A stretch of 64,000 nt of DNA from a virus. The notes beneath the pieces are model-generated. The model was given only the letters and a program-made list of their open reading frames with translations. It had not been told where the DNA came from and did no database searches. The stretch's first letter is position 1; each line of letters opens with the position of its first letter. The DNA lies in the IMG/VR virus record IMGVR_UViG_3300026097_000011, positions 74,588 to 138,587 of that record; one strand, written 5' to 3'. Shown in pieces: positions 29,287-38,373 of the stretch. The position numbers and the translations under genes are program-made.

Positions 29287-30414
29287 ATGTCAAAGGTTTA
29301 TAATTTCAGAGAGTGGGCTACGCGTATTAACGAACAAAATAATCAAGAGGGATTATCTTATAAGTCATATTCTACAGTGATGGCAGGAGCAACATCAAGT
29401 AAAACAACTAGTAAAAGTGCCATTTCTAAGTTTACAAAAATTTACAAAGTCAAAGATTCAGATAAAATAAGTAGCGAAAATGCTTTAAAGAAAGAACAAG
29501 GTGGAGCTGAATATTATGTCGGAGATAAAACGGTAAAAGGAACAGATTATTTAAAAATTGGAGATGTTATATTAAATGGAGATTCTGGAAAGGCCGTTAA
29601 TATAACTATATCAAGAGCTAAACTTCTTAAATCATCAATAGAAGCAAGTGGTAATGGAATATATGCTTTAGCTAGAGCTCTTAAAAATGCTAATAAGTTG
29701 GTTGCTGGTAAAAAATTAAGTACATCAAATCCTGATATTATAATAGTTCTTAATAAAGCAAATCCAAATATTTTTTATGGAAGTCTAAATACTGGGTTTC
29801 AAAGCTGCTTAGGAAAATGGAAAGGATCTGTAAAAGGATCAATGGTTGCATCAAAGGCTGCTAAGCCGCATGAAAATAATAACAAGCCAAACATGGCAGT
29901 TTATAGAAAAGTAGCTGCTGGGGATGGACCTATGAGTGGTGACAAATGGGCAGCTATGAAAATTAATAGAGACGCGACTCCTAATATAACTGGAGTAAAA
30001 GATATAAACGCTACGATTAGACAACTTGCAGAATATAACAAAATTGACGCAACTTCGTTTATTGATAAAATTAAAGATAAGGAAATAGAAAGTTATGAAA
30101 AGTTAAAGCCTATAATTGATGAGTTTATAGAAACCTTTTTAACTGCACATATTGAGAGAACCGCTGATAGATATAAAAAACATTTAGATAATCAAGCAAA
30201 GGAATCAGGGGTTCCTTCTGATGTTTTTTCAAAATTCTATAATGCTATAAATTCTTGGAAAACAGAAGAACTTAAAAAGAAAGATGATTATGTTAATGGA
30301 GCACATAGTGAAGCTAAAGGACTATTTACACCAGGATCATTTAGTGGATCTACATCAAGACCTGCTCTTAAATCTTCTGGTAAATCTATTAAAGGTCAAG
30401 AAGGAAAAATTTAA
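29287..30414 (+). CDS. Hypothetical late protein, putative internal head protein
   Basis: Isolated plus-strand gene with late motif at 29261-29268 and its own terminator; N-terminus MSKVYNFREWATRINEQ; Lys-rich. Confidence 0.6.
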   Translation: MSKVYNFREWATRINEQNNQEGLSYKSYSTVMAGATSSKTTSKSAISKFTKIYKVKDSDKISSENALKKEQGGAEYYVGDKTVKGTDYLKIGDVILNGDSGKAVNITISRAKLLKSSIEASGNGIYALARALKNANKLVAGKKLSTSNPDIIIVLNKANPNIFYGSLNTGFQSCLGKWKGSVKGSMVASKAAKPHENNNKPNMAVYRKVAAGDGPMSGDKWAAMKINRDATPNITGVKDINATIRQLAEYNKIDATSFIDKIKDKEIESYEKLKPIIDEFIETFLTAHIERTADRYKKHLDNQAKESGVPSDVFSKFYNAINSWKTEELKKKDDYVNGAHSEAKGLFTPGSFSGSTSRPALKSSGKSIKGQEGKI

Positions 30415-30418
30415 TCAT

Positions 30419-30448
30419 AAAAAAGCGATTCATATGAATCGCTTTTTT
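30419..30448. terminator. Bidirectional intrinsic terminator
   Basis: AAAAAAGCGATTCATATGAATCGCTTTTTT, a palindrome between convergent genes. Confidence 0.85.
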
Positions 30449-30463
30449 ATTTTACGTTAACTT

Positions 30464-30850
30464 TTAGTTTTTCCTAGGGTATATTATTTCGATTTCATCA
30501 AACTCTTTATTATACGAATAATAAAATCCAGATATTGTAGTCACTTTATCTTTAATACTCATAACGGATATATTTAATTGAATATCACCAAATGTATTGA
30601 GAACATCTTTTACTGATCTACAATTAGACATGATAAAATCTAAACTATCAACTTGATCTTTATTAATAGTCATTGCTATGTATTCCCATTGGTCTAAATC
30701 ATCTTGGTTTATATTAAGAGTATCTACCATTTGATCATGGGATATTCTAACAAATTTTTCATTGTTGTCAATTTTAACTCCATGATCATAGCTCTGTGAG
30801 AATCCGATTACCGGTAGAATAAGTAATAGTGCAATTATTAAATTTTTCAT
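30464..30850 (-). CDS. Secreted/periplasmic hypothetical protein
   Basis: Signal peptide MKNLIIALLLILPVIGFSQ (Bacteroidota-like Q at +1). Confidence 0.7.
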   Translation of the reverse strand: MKNLIIALLLILPVIGFSQSYDHGVKIDNNEKFVRISHDQMVDTLNINQDDLDQWEYIAMTINKDQVDSLDFIMSNCRSVKDVLNTFGDIQLNISVMSIKDKVTTISGFYYSYNKEFDEIEIIYPRKN

Positions 30851-30996
30851 TGGATGTATTTTTAATTGGTTATATATTTAATATACTACATATTACTGCA
30901 TTATTAAATTACCAAGATCCAGATGATCCTCCACCTCCATTCATTCCTCCGAATAATAGAAGGGCTCCGATAATTAGTAATACGATTGTGCCTTTT

Positions 30997-31194
30997 TCAT
31001 TTTTTTGGTTTTAGTGAATTTAATTTTGCTTCTTTATGGTATTTCTTTAATTCAATATACCCGAATGTGTCTTCAAATTTTTTATAGTACAATTCTATAT
31101 ATTTTAAAGTTACATTGAAGTGGTCTAATGATTCACATGAATCTATCATATCAATCACCTTGTTTTTGGTTGCAAGTTGTTTAATTATTTCCAT
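30997..31194 (-). CDS. Hypothetical protein
   Basis: 65-aa ORF in a tight operon. Confidence 0.6.
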   Translation of the reverse strand: MEIIKQLATKNKVIDMIDSCESLDHFNVTLKYIELYYKKFEDTFGYIELKKYHKEAKLNSLKPKK

Positions 31195-31200
31195 GGTTTT

Positions 31201-31548
31201 TCATAATGATAATAGATTAGTCCACTCTGTATCAGGTGGCATAATTGTTACTTCTACATTTACTTTACTTGCATGTTCTATAATAGCGGTTAACATGTTT
31301 GATGTGTACATTGGGCCTCCTCCGTACTTTCCTTTTGCACATCGGTATTTAGATCCAGACTGACCTATAAACATAATTGATTCTTCGTCTTCTTCAATTG
31401 ACGTTATTCCACTGTTTAGTTTCCATCTATCACTATCTAAATATCCTCCATACCATGTGGCAAATACTTTATAAAATAATTCGTCCTCATTTCCGTTATC
31501 GAACCTAAGTACTAGCCATTCATTAGGGTTTTCTGTAAAAGTATTCAT
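31201..31548 (-). CDS. Hypothetical phage protein
   Basis: YKVFATWYGGYLDSDRWKLNSGI...GQSGSKYRC motif, recalled as common in large phages. Confidence 0.75.
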   Translation of the reverse strand: MNTFTENPNEWLVLRFDNGNEDELFYKVFATWYGGYLDSDRWKLNSGITSIEEDEESIMFIGQSGSKYRCAKGKYGGGPMYTSNMLTAIIEHASKVNVEVTIMPPDTEWTNLLSL

Positions 31549-31967
31549 ATTGATGATTTTATTCTTTCTCTTAATTCAGTACTTGAAAAATGATGATTTC
31601 TTTCGTTATAGTAAATATCAATGTTTCTATATTCACAAAGTTCCTTTGCTGTAAAGTTTTTTTCTAGATAATCACTTCCAATAATTCTAATATCCAACTT
31701 AAACGTTAAAAATATTTCCATTAATTCTTCTTCGGTTTGATATGGAATTATTTCGTCTACATATTTACACCCGCTTAATTGAATATACCTTTCAACTAGT
31801 GATTGTATTGGTTTATTTTTATCAGGACGGTCTAATGTAGGATCAGTATGTAAAGCAACTATGAGGTAATCACATTGATCCTTTGCTTCTTGTAACATTT
31901 TTACATGACCTGCATGAAACATATCAAAACTAGAACATGTTATTCCGATTTTATTTTTACTCTTCAT
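31545..31967 (-). CDS. Glycerol-3-phosphate cytidylyltransferase-like (TagD family)
   Basis: FDMFHAGH (HxGH), DYLIVAL, KYVDEIIPY, IGSDY, RNHHFSSTELR. Confidence 0.88.
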   Translation of the reverse strand: MKSKNKIGITCSSFDMFHAGHVKMLQEAKDQCDYLIVALHTDPTLDRPDKNKPIQSLVERYIQLSGCKYVDEIIPYQTEEELMEIFLTFKLDIRIIGSDYLEKNFTAKELCEYRNIDIYYNERNHHFSSTELRERIKSSI

Positions 31968-31978
31968 TTTTATCCTAT

Positions 31979-32284
31979 TTATATTTTCCCACTTGAACTT
32001 CCTTCTCTTAATTTATTAGCTAACATTTCTAGAGTATCTTTAACTATTTGATTTCTCTTAAATGGCTTTCCTATTATTAATAGAGTTCTCAACATTCCTC
32101 TATCATTTTCTTTTAAAAAACCTTTTAAGTATTCATTAAATTTTTCTAATGATTCACTACTTGGCTCAGGGGATGCTTTAAAAGAAAATACGTCTAAATG
32201 TTTTTCACCTTTCAAAATATTTACACAATCTTCATAAACTTTATTATAATTAATAATTCGTTTTTGTGATTCTTTACTATTCAT
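31979..32284 (-). CDS. Hypothetical protein
   Basis: Likely start MNSKE at 32284. Confidence 0.6.
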   Translation of the reverse strand: MNSKESQKRIINYNKVYEDCVNILKGEKHLDVFSFKASPEPSSESLEKFNEYLKGFLKENDRGMLRTLLIIGKPFKRNQIVKDTLEMLANKLREGSSSGKI

Positions 32285-32444
32285 TTTTAATTTGTTTTTG
32301 GCCTTCTTGTCGTTCTGTTTTATGTAAAAATCTCTTAAATGCTTTATTAGTCCTGCTATTGGGCGACACCGAATGCCCACGGAAAGGTCTTTTACCCCAC
32401 TATTCTCTTCCTCTTCTCTTATTTGCGTTCTGACCGTGTGCCAT
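32277..32444 (-). pseudogene. Small basic ORF interrupted by an in-frame TAG
   Basis: MAHGQNANKRRGRE*WGKRPFRGHSVSPNSRTNKAFKRFLHKTERQEGQKQIKNE*; TAG at 32400-32402; the end overlaps the next start. Confidence 0.45.
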
Positions 32445-32551
32445 TTTCTAATTCTTTTTCTAAATCAATTGCAGCCGTTTTTCGTTGAAGTGTTTTATGT
32501 TGATGCCCAGCTTCTCCGTAACCCATCTTTTGAGTTCCAACTCCACCTTTA

Positions 32552-32854
32552 TTAGATTTCACTCTCTTTTTTCTCTGTTTCTTCGTTTTCGGCATCTTCT
32601 TTTTTATTTATTTTTTCAGCTAATCTAAGAACTCGATACCATGCAATTGGAGTTTTCATTTTAATCTCTCCAGCTTCACCGTCTTCATTCCATACTTTAA
32701 TAGCTTCATCGGCGACTGCTTTCAATTCAGCTTTATCTTCTTCGATTTTAGTCTTAAGAGTATTCATGATGTCTATTGCTTTAGCATCTAAAAAACTAGA
32801 ACCCCAGTTTATCTTGCTAAATAAGTAATCGATATCGTCGTTTAGATTTGACAT
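32552..32854 (-). CDS. Hypothetical protein
   Basis: 100-aa ORF with promoter motif GAAAC-N15-AGTAATAT at 32881-32908. Confidence 0.7.
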   Translation of the reverse strand: MSNLNDDIDYLFSKINWGSSFLDAKAIDIMNTLKTKIEEDKAELKAVADEAIKVWNEDGEAGEIKMKTPIAWYRVLRLAEKINKKEDAENEETEKKESEI

Positions 32855-33024
32855 GTTATTATTTTTTAATATTCATCTATATATTACTTAATAAAATATC
32901 AGAGTTTCATTTGGGAAATTTTTTGGGGGTCACTCTTCGCGCTACTCTATAGTACCTCTTTATACTAAGGTAGAGTTAAAGTAAAGATAAAGAATACTAA
33001 GTAATATCCCACCCTCCTACCCTA

Positions 33025-33110
33025 TTTTTACTATGTTATTTTGAAAGGTTTTAAAAAAAGAGATAAATAATTATATTAATTAAAACTTTTTGTTTATATT
33101 AAAGTATAAG
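33025..33110. promoter_or_regulatory. Divergent promoter region at the strand switch
   Basis: Minus AAAAC-N15-AGTAAAAA (33025-33052); plus late ATAAATAA (33063-33070); plus AAAAC-N16-AGTATAAG (33082-33110). Confidence 0.55.
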
Positions 33111-33134
33111 CTAATATAAAATAGTCCCCAATGA

Positions 33135-33806
33135 ATGACAATAATATCCATAGATTTCTCAGTTCTTTACCCTGGAGTATGTATATGTAAAGATTTTAAA
33201 GAATACCAATGGGTTTCCGTTGTCAATTCTAATACGACTAAAAAACATAGGGCTAATTTAGAAGACCTTGTTTTAAAATATCCTTCGATACATTTATCCT
33301 ACACAGAGTCAAAAAGACGTAAAGATGAACAATATCATGTTACAGAAAGGATAAAACTTCACAATTACTTAGAAGCTACAAATCTTTTAATTTCTCAATT
33401 AAATGACGTAGTTGATAAAACAGATGACCTTCTTATAGCGATTGAAGGTATCTCATTTGGATCTAAAGGTAATGCTTTAGTCGACATATCTCAAGCCACC
33501 GGTATCATTAAAAATAAATTAGTCGACACATTTCTTAACGGAGATGTAAGTCGATTTTTTGTATTTAGCCCCGGGGAATTGAAAAATGCGATCGGCTGTA
33601 AAGGTAACGCACCGAAAGGAGATATATTCACCGCTTTTAAAGAAGAACCGCTTTTAGACTCAGTTAAAGAGTCTGACCTTCATAAAGCAGTCTTAGAAGA
33701 AGACTGGATAACTACAAATAAAAGCGATATTGTTTCTCCTATTATGGATATGATTGATGCGTATTTAGGTGTAGTTAAGATACACAACATACTCGATCAA
33801 AAATAA
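33135..33806 (+). CDS. RuvC-like Holliday junction resolvase
   Basis: ISIDFS, IAIEGISFGS, SPGELK...GKGNA.K, DMIDAY. Confidence 0.85.
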   Translation: MTIISIDFSVLYPGVCICKDFKEYQWVSVVNSNTTKKHRANLEDLVLKYPSIHLSYTESKRRKDEQYHVTERIKLHNYLEATNLLISQLNDVVDKTDDLLIAIEGISFGSKGNALVDISQATGIIKNKLVDTFLNGDVSRFFVFSPGELKNAIGCKGNAPKGDIFTAFKEEPLLDSVKESDLHKAVLEEDWITTNKSDIVSPIMDMIDAYLGVVKIHNILDQK

Positions 33807-33816
33807 TACAAATAGG

Positions 33817-34230
33817 ATGAGTAATCAACCAAGAAAGAGAAAAAAAAGAGGTGACAAACATTATGTAAATAATAAAGAGTTCACCGCAGAAATTATTAAA
33901 TGTAAAAAAACTGACGAGCTATCTAAATTCGCAATTTCTTGTTTTGTAGCACTAGCTAACAGAGCAGTAAATAAAATGTATTATGGAGATTATAGAGATA
34001 GAGAAGATTGTATTCAATCAGCCTTACTAGACTGTCTTAAATACTGGAGAGGATTTGATCCCGCTAAAGCTGAAGTACCTAATGCATTTGCATATTTTAC
34101 TCAAGTGTGTAAAAATGGATACGCTAAGCAATGGAAAGCAATTCATAAGAAAACTGGATTACAAGACGATGAGCCATTGGATTTTATATCTTTGAGTACA
34201 TCAGGTGATGGAGCTATTTACAGCATCTAA
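33817..34230 (+). CDS. Late-transcription sigma factor (T4 gp55-like)
   Basis: HYVNNKEF, YRDREDCIQSA, FDPAK...NAFAYFTQV. Confidence 0.88.
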   Translation: MSNQPRKRKKRGDKHYVNNKEFTAEIIKCKKTDELSKFAISCFVALANRAVNKMYYGDYRDREDCIQSALLDCLKYWRGFDPAKAEVPNAFAYFTQVCKNGYAKQWKAIHKKTGLQDDEPLDFISLSTSGDGAIYSI

Positions 34231-34259
34231 TGATAAATAATATAAACTAAATCACTATA

Positions 34260-37200
34260 ATGGTAGTTCAAAATCTTAATTTCTTCGATAAGTTTGGTAA
34301 GAACATGAATCTTGACTGGAATACAGATCGAGAGTTATGGGAGGGAACTATTTATTTCCCAGAAATATCAACGTTTGTATATGATAATGAAAACATATTT
34401 ATACTAGAGGATGATAATGGAGATTATAAATTTCCAGTAATAAATCCCGGTACTGCTCTTAAATTCGAATGGATAGACAATGAAATTGAAGACGAACTAA
34501 TATTATATGAAGTTGAAAAAGATTACGATCTAAATAACTTTTTCATAAACAAGAAAGATTCAATTGAAGTTTCATATGACGATTTAATTCCAGTTTCTGG
34601 AGGATCATCTATAGATATAAAACTTCCACTTCAAATTAATGTAGCGTTCAATCCAACTAATGAGATTAGATATGAAAGAATTTTATGTATGTTCTCAGTT
34701 GATCAAAATACTGGTGAAAAGACAAAAATTGCTGAATTAAGGTTTTATGGCGAAGGGGTTACAGAAGATGAAAGATTTGGAGTATGGGCTAGAAACTTTG
34801 GAATTAAATTCAATAAAGAAGATGCAAACATACTAAAAGATTACGATATAAAAGAGGCATACCCAGATTGGACCCAATTGAATATGGCTCGTAAAAATCT
34901 ATTGGTAAATAAAGACCAAGTATATCCGTATATTGGGACATATAAGGGACTTAATAATTTTGTAAATATTCTTGGATATAAAGATGTACTTGGTATTAAA
35001 GAGTACTGGACTAATATCAATAAGAAATCTCCATACTATGATAAACAATTCATGGTTGATATAACAGATTACCTAGATGACGGTAAAATTGATGAGGTGA
35101 ATATCTTAGATAAGAATCGTAAAATTAAGCATGGAAAACAATTTAGAAAAACGGAATGCCTTGCTCTAGTTTATCAATTTACACAAGCTACGGATAACTT
35201 CGATGATGATGGAATTCCTGAAGTTGAAGAAACCACAGAATTTACAGTTGATGAAATTTTCTATAAACTAAATAGATTACGAGATAAGGTTGAAACTGAA
35301 TTTTTACCAATAAATGTAAAGATTAAAGATATAATAGGTGAGTTCATATATTTTCAAAAGATAACTATAAAATTCTGGCCAGATGATACTAAGATATTTG
35401 ACTATGATCTTAATGAGTACTCGGAATTACAAGTATATCCTGATAAAAATGTAGACTTTAAAATTAGGTCTCTTGTTCCGCTTCTAAGAAAGGAGCATCC
35501 TAATGGAGCGACATTCGGACGCGTTATATTTAATAATGGTGTTCAAAATCCATTTGAACACAGCCAAAAATATTCACCATCTGATATTCCTCAAATGGTG
35601 GATTACATAACTGAATTCTATGATAGAACAAAGGAGATGCAATTTCCAGATATAGGTAAACGATTATTATGGGAAGAGGGCGATGATCCTGAAATGATTA
35701 TTGGAGCAGCGTGTGTTTTCAATATATACAATGAGAAATTCACATTCGAAACTTTCAAAGGGGTTACATTTGAGGACTTAGAATCAATGGGATCATATGA
35801 CCCATATTATACTCTTGAAAACTTAGATTTCAAAAACTTTTATGAAATAACATGGAGAATTACAAAAGACGCTCCTAATCCATATTCATTTGAATACAGA
35901 GGAAAAATAGAGGACCTATGGCAACTCCCACATTTTCTACCATATCATGGAACATATAGACTAACGGTAGAGCTACATGACTTCTATGGAAATTCAAATG
36001 CATATAGTAAATTCATAACTGTTCAAAGTGATCAAGTTGCTCACGTTGTAGCAGTAACAAGACTAGAAGATAAATTTAACTATCAATTAGATAATTTAGA
36101 TAATGTTCAATTGAAAGATTTTGGGACAAGTCCTAATTATTTTCCAAGAGTTTCAGTATTAGATAATGAGGAAGCAATAAGTGAAGTCGATATTGATAAA
36201 CAATTACTTCAATTTGCATGGTATTATAAAAACAGATATGGAATGGGTCAAAATCTATATGATGTAGAAATATTTAATGAAGGAACTGGAACTTATGTTC
36301 CATATAAAGACCCCTCACAAAATCATCCAAAGAAATTATACTGGGGATTAGGAGAAAATAATGAGCCTATTAAACTTCAAGATTTCAAAGGCATGACAAT
36401 GAAGTCTCTATTCTTTATGAGGCTTTCTGATCTAATTTACGTAGATGACTTTAATGCTGGATTCTATTTAAGAAATCCTACACCTGGAAAAGTTATTCAA
36501 ATTTCGTTGTTTACACCATATGAAATTCCTCAGTTTACTGACTTAGATGATTTAATTAATCAATTAAATGCAAGTGAACATCCTGGAATTAAGTTATTTA
36601 ACTATGAAATAATCAATGGTAGAAAATCAGATGATCAATATATAGTACATGCACAAGCAGAATATTTGAGTAAGGAAATGTATCATATTTTAATGGACGA
36701 TGGAATTAATACTGGAAGTCCTAAAACGAGTCCTCAAACTTCAAGTCCTGGATCAGGATTATCAGATGTTGATAAGTATACATTCTTCTTACCTCTTGAG
36801 ATTTATTCAAAGAGATTAATGAGCTATCTAAAATCTACATATCCAATATTAGACGATGAAACTATGTTCCTATTTGCTAAAACTTCTGATATAATAAGTG
36901 GAGCTGTACAAGATCCTAGCTTTTGGGTAGATAAGGAATATTGGAAATTTGAAAACAATAAACAAATAGGATATCTTCCTACTTTAATGGATCAAAACTC
37001 TTTCAATATAAATGATATAAAAGTATATGAGTCTTCTTTTAATGTGCCTGAAAATACTCCAGTTTTTCTAAGTGTTAATAACATAGATGGAAAGCTAGAA
37101 TATATATGGACGTTAACTAATTTAGATACACTTGAAGAAGTAAAAGTAAGATCAGTTCCATTCTTTGCATGGAAATTTAAAGATCTAGGAAGATTTACAA

Positions 37201-37340
37201 TTCATGTTGAGATTCACGATAATAGGGGTAACATCTATATGAATGAGATTCATCAGATGATAAACGTACTACCTAAAGAACAGTACATAAAAAATATTGA
37301 AACTAGGTTAAATAGGAGAAAGAATAATCTTTTAAACTAA
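34260..37340 (+). CDS. Large virion structural protein (baseplate wedge-like, C-terminal PKD-like)
   Basis: Late motif at 34233-34240; GTYKGL..F...LGY..L.IKEYW resembles baseplate gp7/P2 gpI-type segments. Confidence 0.55.
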   Translation: MVVQNLNFFDKFGKNMNLDWNTDRELWEGTIYFPEISTFVYDNENIFILEDDNGDYKFPVINPGTALKFEWIDNEIEDELILYEVEKDYDLNNFFINKKDSIEVSYDDLIPVSGGSSIDIKLPLQINVAFNPTNEIRYERILCMFSVDQNTGEKTKIAELRFYGEGVTEDERFGVWARNFGIKFNKEDANILKDYDIKEAYPDWTQLNMARKNLLVNKDQVYPYIGTYKGLNNFVNILGYKDVLGIKEYWTNINKKSPYYDKQFMVDITDYLDDGKIDEVNILDKNRKIKHGKQFRKTECLALVYQFTQATDNFDDDGIPEVEETTEFTVDEIFYKLNRLRDKVETEFLPINVKIKDIIGEFIYFQKITIKFWPDDTKIFDYDLNEYSELQVYPDKNVDFKIRSLVPLLRKEHPNGATFGRVIFNNGVQNPFEHSQKYSPSDIPQMVDYITEFYDRTKEMQFPDIGKRLLWEEGDDPEMIIGAACVFNIYNEKFTFETFKGVTFEDLESMGSYDPYYTLENLDFKNFYEITWRITKDAPNPYSFEYRGKIEDLWQLPHFLPYHGTYRLTVELHDFYGNSNAYSKFITVQSDQVAHVVAVTRLEDKFNYQLDNLDNVQLKDFGTSPNYFPRVSVLDNEEAISEVDIDKQLLQFAWYYKNRYGMGQNLYDVEIFNEGTGTYVPYKDPSQNHPKKLYWGLGENNEPIKLQDFKGMTMKSLFFMRLSDLIYVDDFNAGFYLRNPTPGKVIQISLFTPYEIPQFTDLDDLINQLNASEHPGIKLFNYEIINGRKSDDQYIVHAQAEYLSKEMYHILMDDGINTGSPKTSPQTSSPGSGLSDVDKYTFFLPLEIYSKRLMSYLKSTYPILDDETMFLFAKTSDIISGAVQDPSFWVDKEYWKFENNKQIGYLPTLMDQNSFNINDIKVYESSFNVPENTPVFLSVNNIDGKLEYIWTLTNLDTLEEVKVRSVPFFAWKFKDLGRFTIHVEIHDNRGNIYMNEIHQMINVLPKEQYIKNIETRLNRRKNNLLN

Positions 37341-37381
37341 TTTAATCAAATCGATAAATAAAATAAAATAATTCTATAACA

Positions 37382-38356
37382 ATGGCATTTACACCAGTAA
37401 ATTTACCGATTCAAGAGATGTTGCAGAGCGATTTCATCGTTGATTTAGCACAAATTCATAATTCAAATGTACTTCTTTTGAAGGACAAGTTAGAAGATGT
37501 GATTAATAATTTTGAGTTCGATACTAACACTATTTCAATCGGAACAGACAACCCAATTAACAGCATTAGAACTCAAGATATAGTTATCCAAGATGGAGGA
37601 TTTATATTTCAAACTGGAGTTCCAAATCAGATAATTGCAAGACTATTTAAAAATGGATCTGATGAATCTGTTTTAAATGTAGATAATATAACAGTTGATT
37701 CAGGAATTGATGCTGATAATATAACTATAAATGATATTACAATAAATAACTCTGCTACTTTTGCAGGACCAGTTGTTGCTAATGGATCATTTGATTATGA
37801 AGGGTCTCTTATTGAATCAAAAGAATCAGTTTCAGTGCTTGTTGAAAAAGTAGCAAATACAGCAGTTGGTACGATTACATTATCTAATACATCAAGGAAA
37901 AATATATACGTGACACTTACTGCTGAAACAACAGTTGGACCAACTAGAGTATGGGATGGATCTGCTTTTGTAGGAACATTAACTGATATTATACTAAACA
38001 TTGATTTTGATGCTACTAATCCTCCTGCAGAAAATACTTCATTTACTATTCATATTGTAGATGTAGTTGAAAACTCAGGTTCAGTTAGCATTGTATCAAA
38101 TATTAATGCAGTGGGTACTCCTCCACCTGTTCAAATAGCAACTGGGGTAAATCAAAGTACTACTGGAACAATTATCATGCATCATGACTTAGTAGCAGAG
38201 GGACAGAAACTAGCAGTTAATCATCAAACTAACGCAATGTTTCAATCTCAAGCGCTATTAAGATATGGACATAATGCTACATTCAATTATATAATTGATA
38301 ATAACTCTAATGACAGACTGTTGATAACATCAATGGTGGGATTAGAAATATACTAA
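37382..38356 (+). CDS. Virion structural protein
   Basis: Late motif at 37354-37361; beta-rich with T/N/V bias. Confidence 0.55.
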   Translation: MAFTPVNLPIQEMLQSDFIVDLAQIHNSNVLLLKDKLEDVINNFEFDTNTISIGTDNPINSIRTQDIVIQDGGFIFQTGVPNQIIARLFKNGSDESVLNVDNITVDSGIDADNITINDITINNSATFAGPVVANGSFDYEGSLIESKESVSVLVEKVANTAVGTITLSNTSRKNIYVTLTAETTVGPTRVWDGSAFVGTLTDIILNIDFDATNPPAENTSFTIHIVDVVENSGSVSIVSNINAVGTPPPVQIATGVNQSTTGTIIMHHDLVAEGQKLAVNHQTNAMFQSQALLRYGHNATFNYIIDNNSNDRLLITSMVGLEIY

Positions 38357-38373
38357 AATAATAATTAATAGAG

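Noticed and set aside
32373-32555. Plus-strand 60-aa ORF, and the extended N-terminus of 31979-32380
   Set aside because: The former opposes the operon direction. The latter overlaps the more plausible amber-interrupted ORF, and ATG 32284 is the better start.
32900-33130. Replication origin at the strand switch
   Set aside because: No iterons or clear repeats; divergent promoters explain the region.
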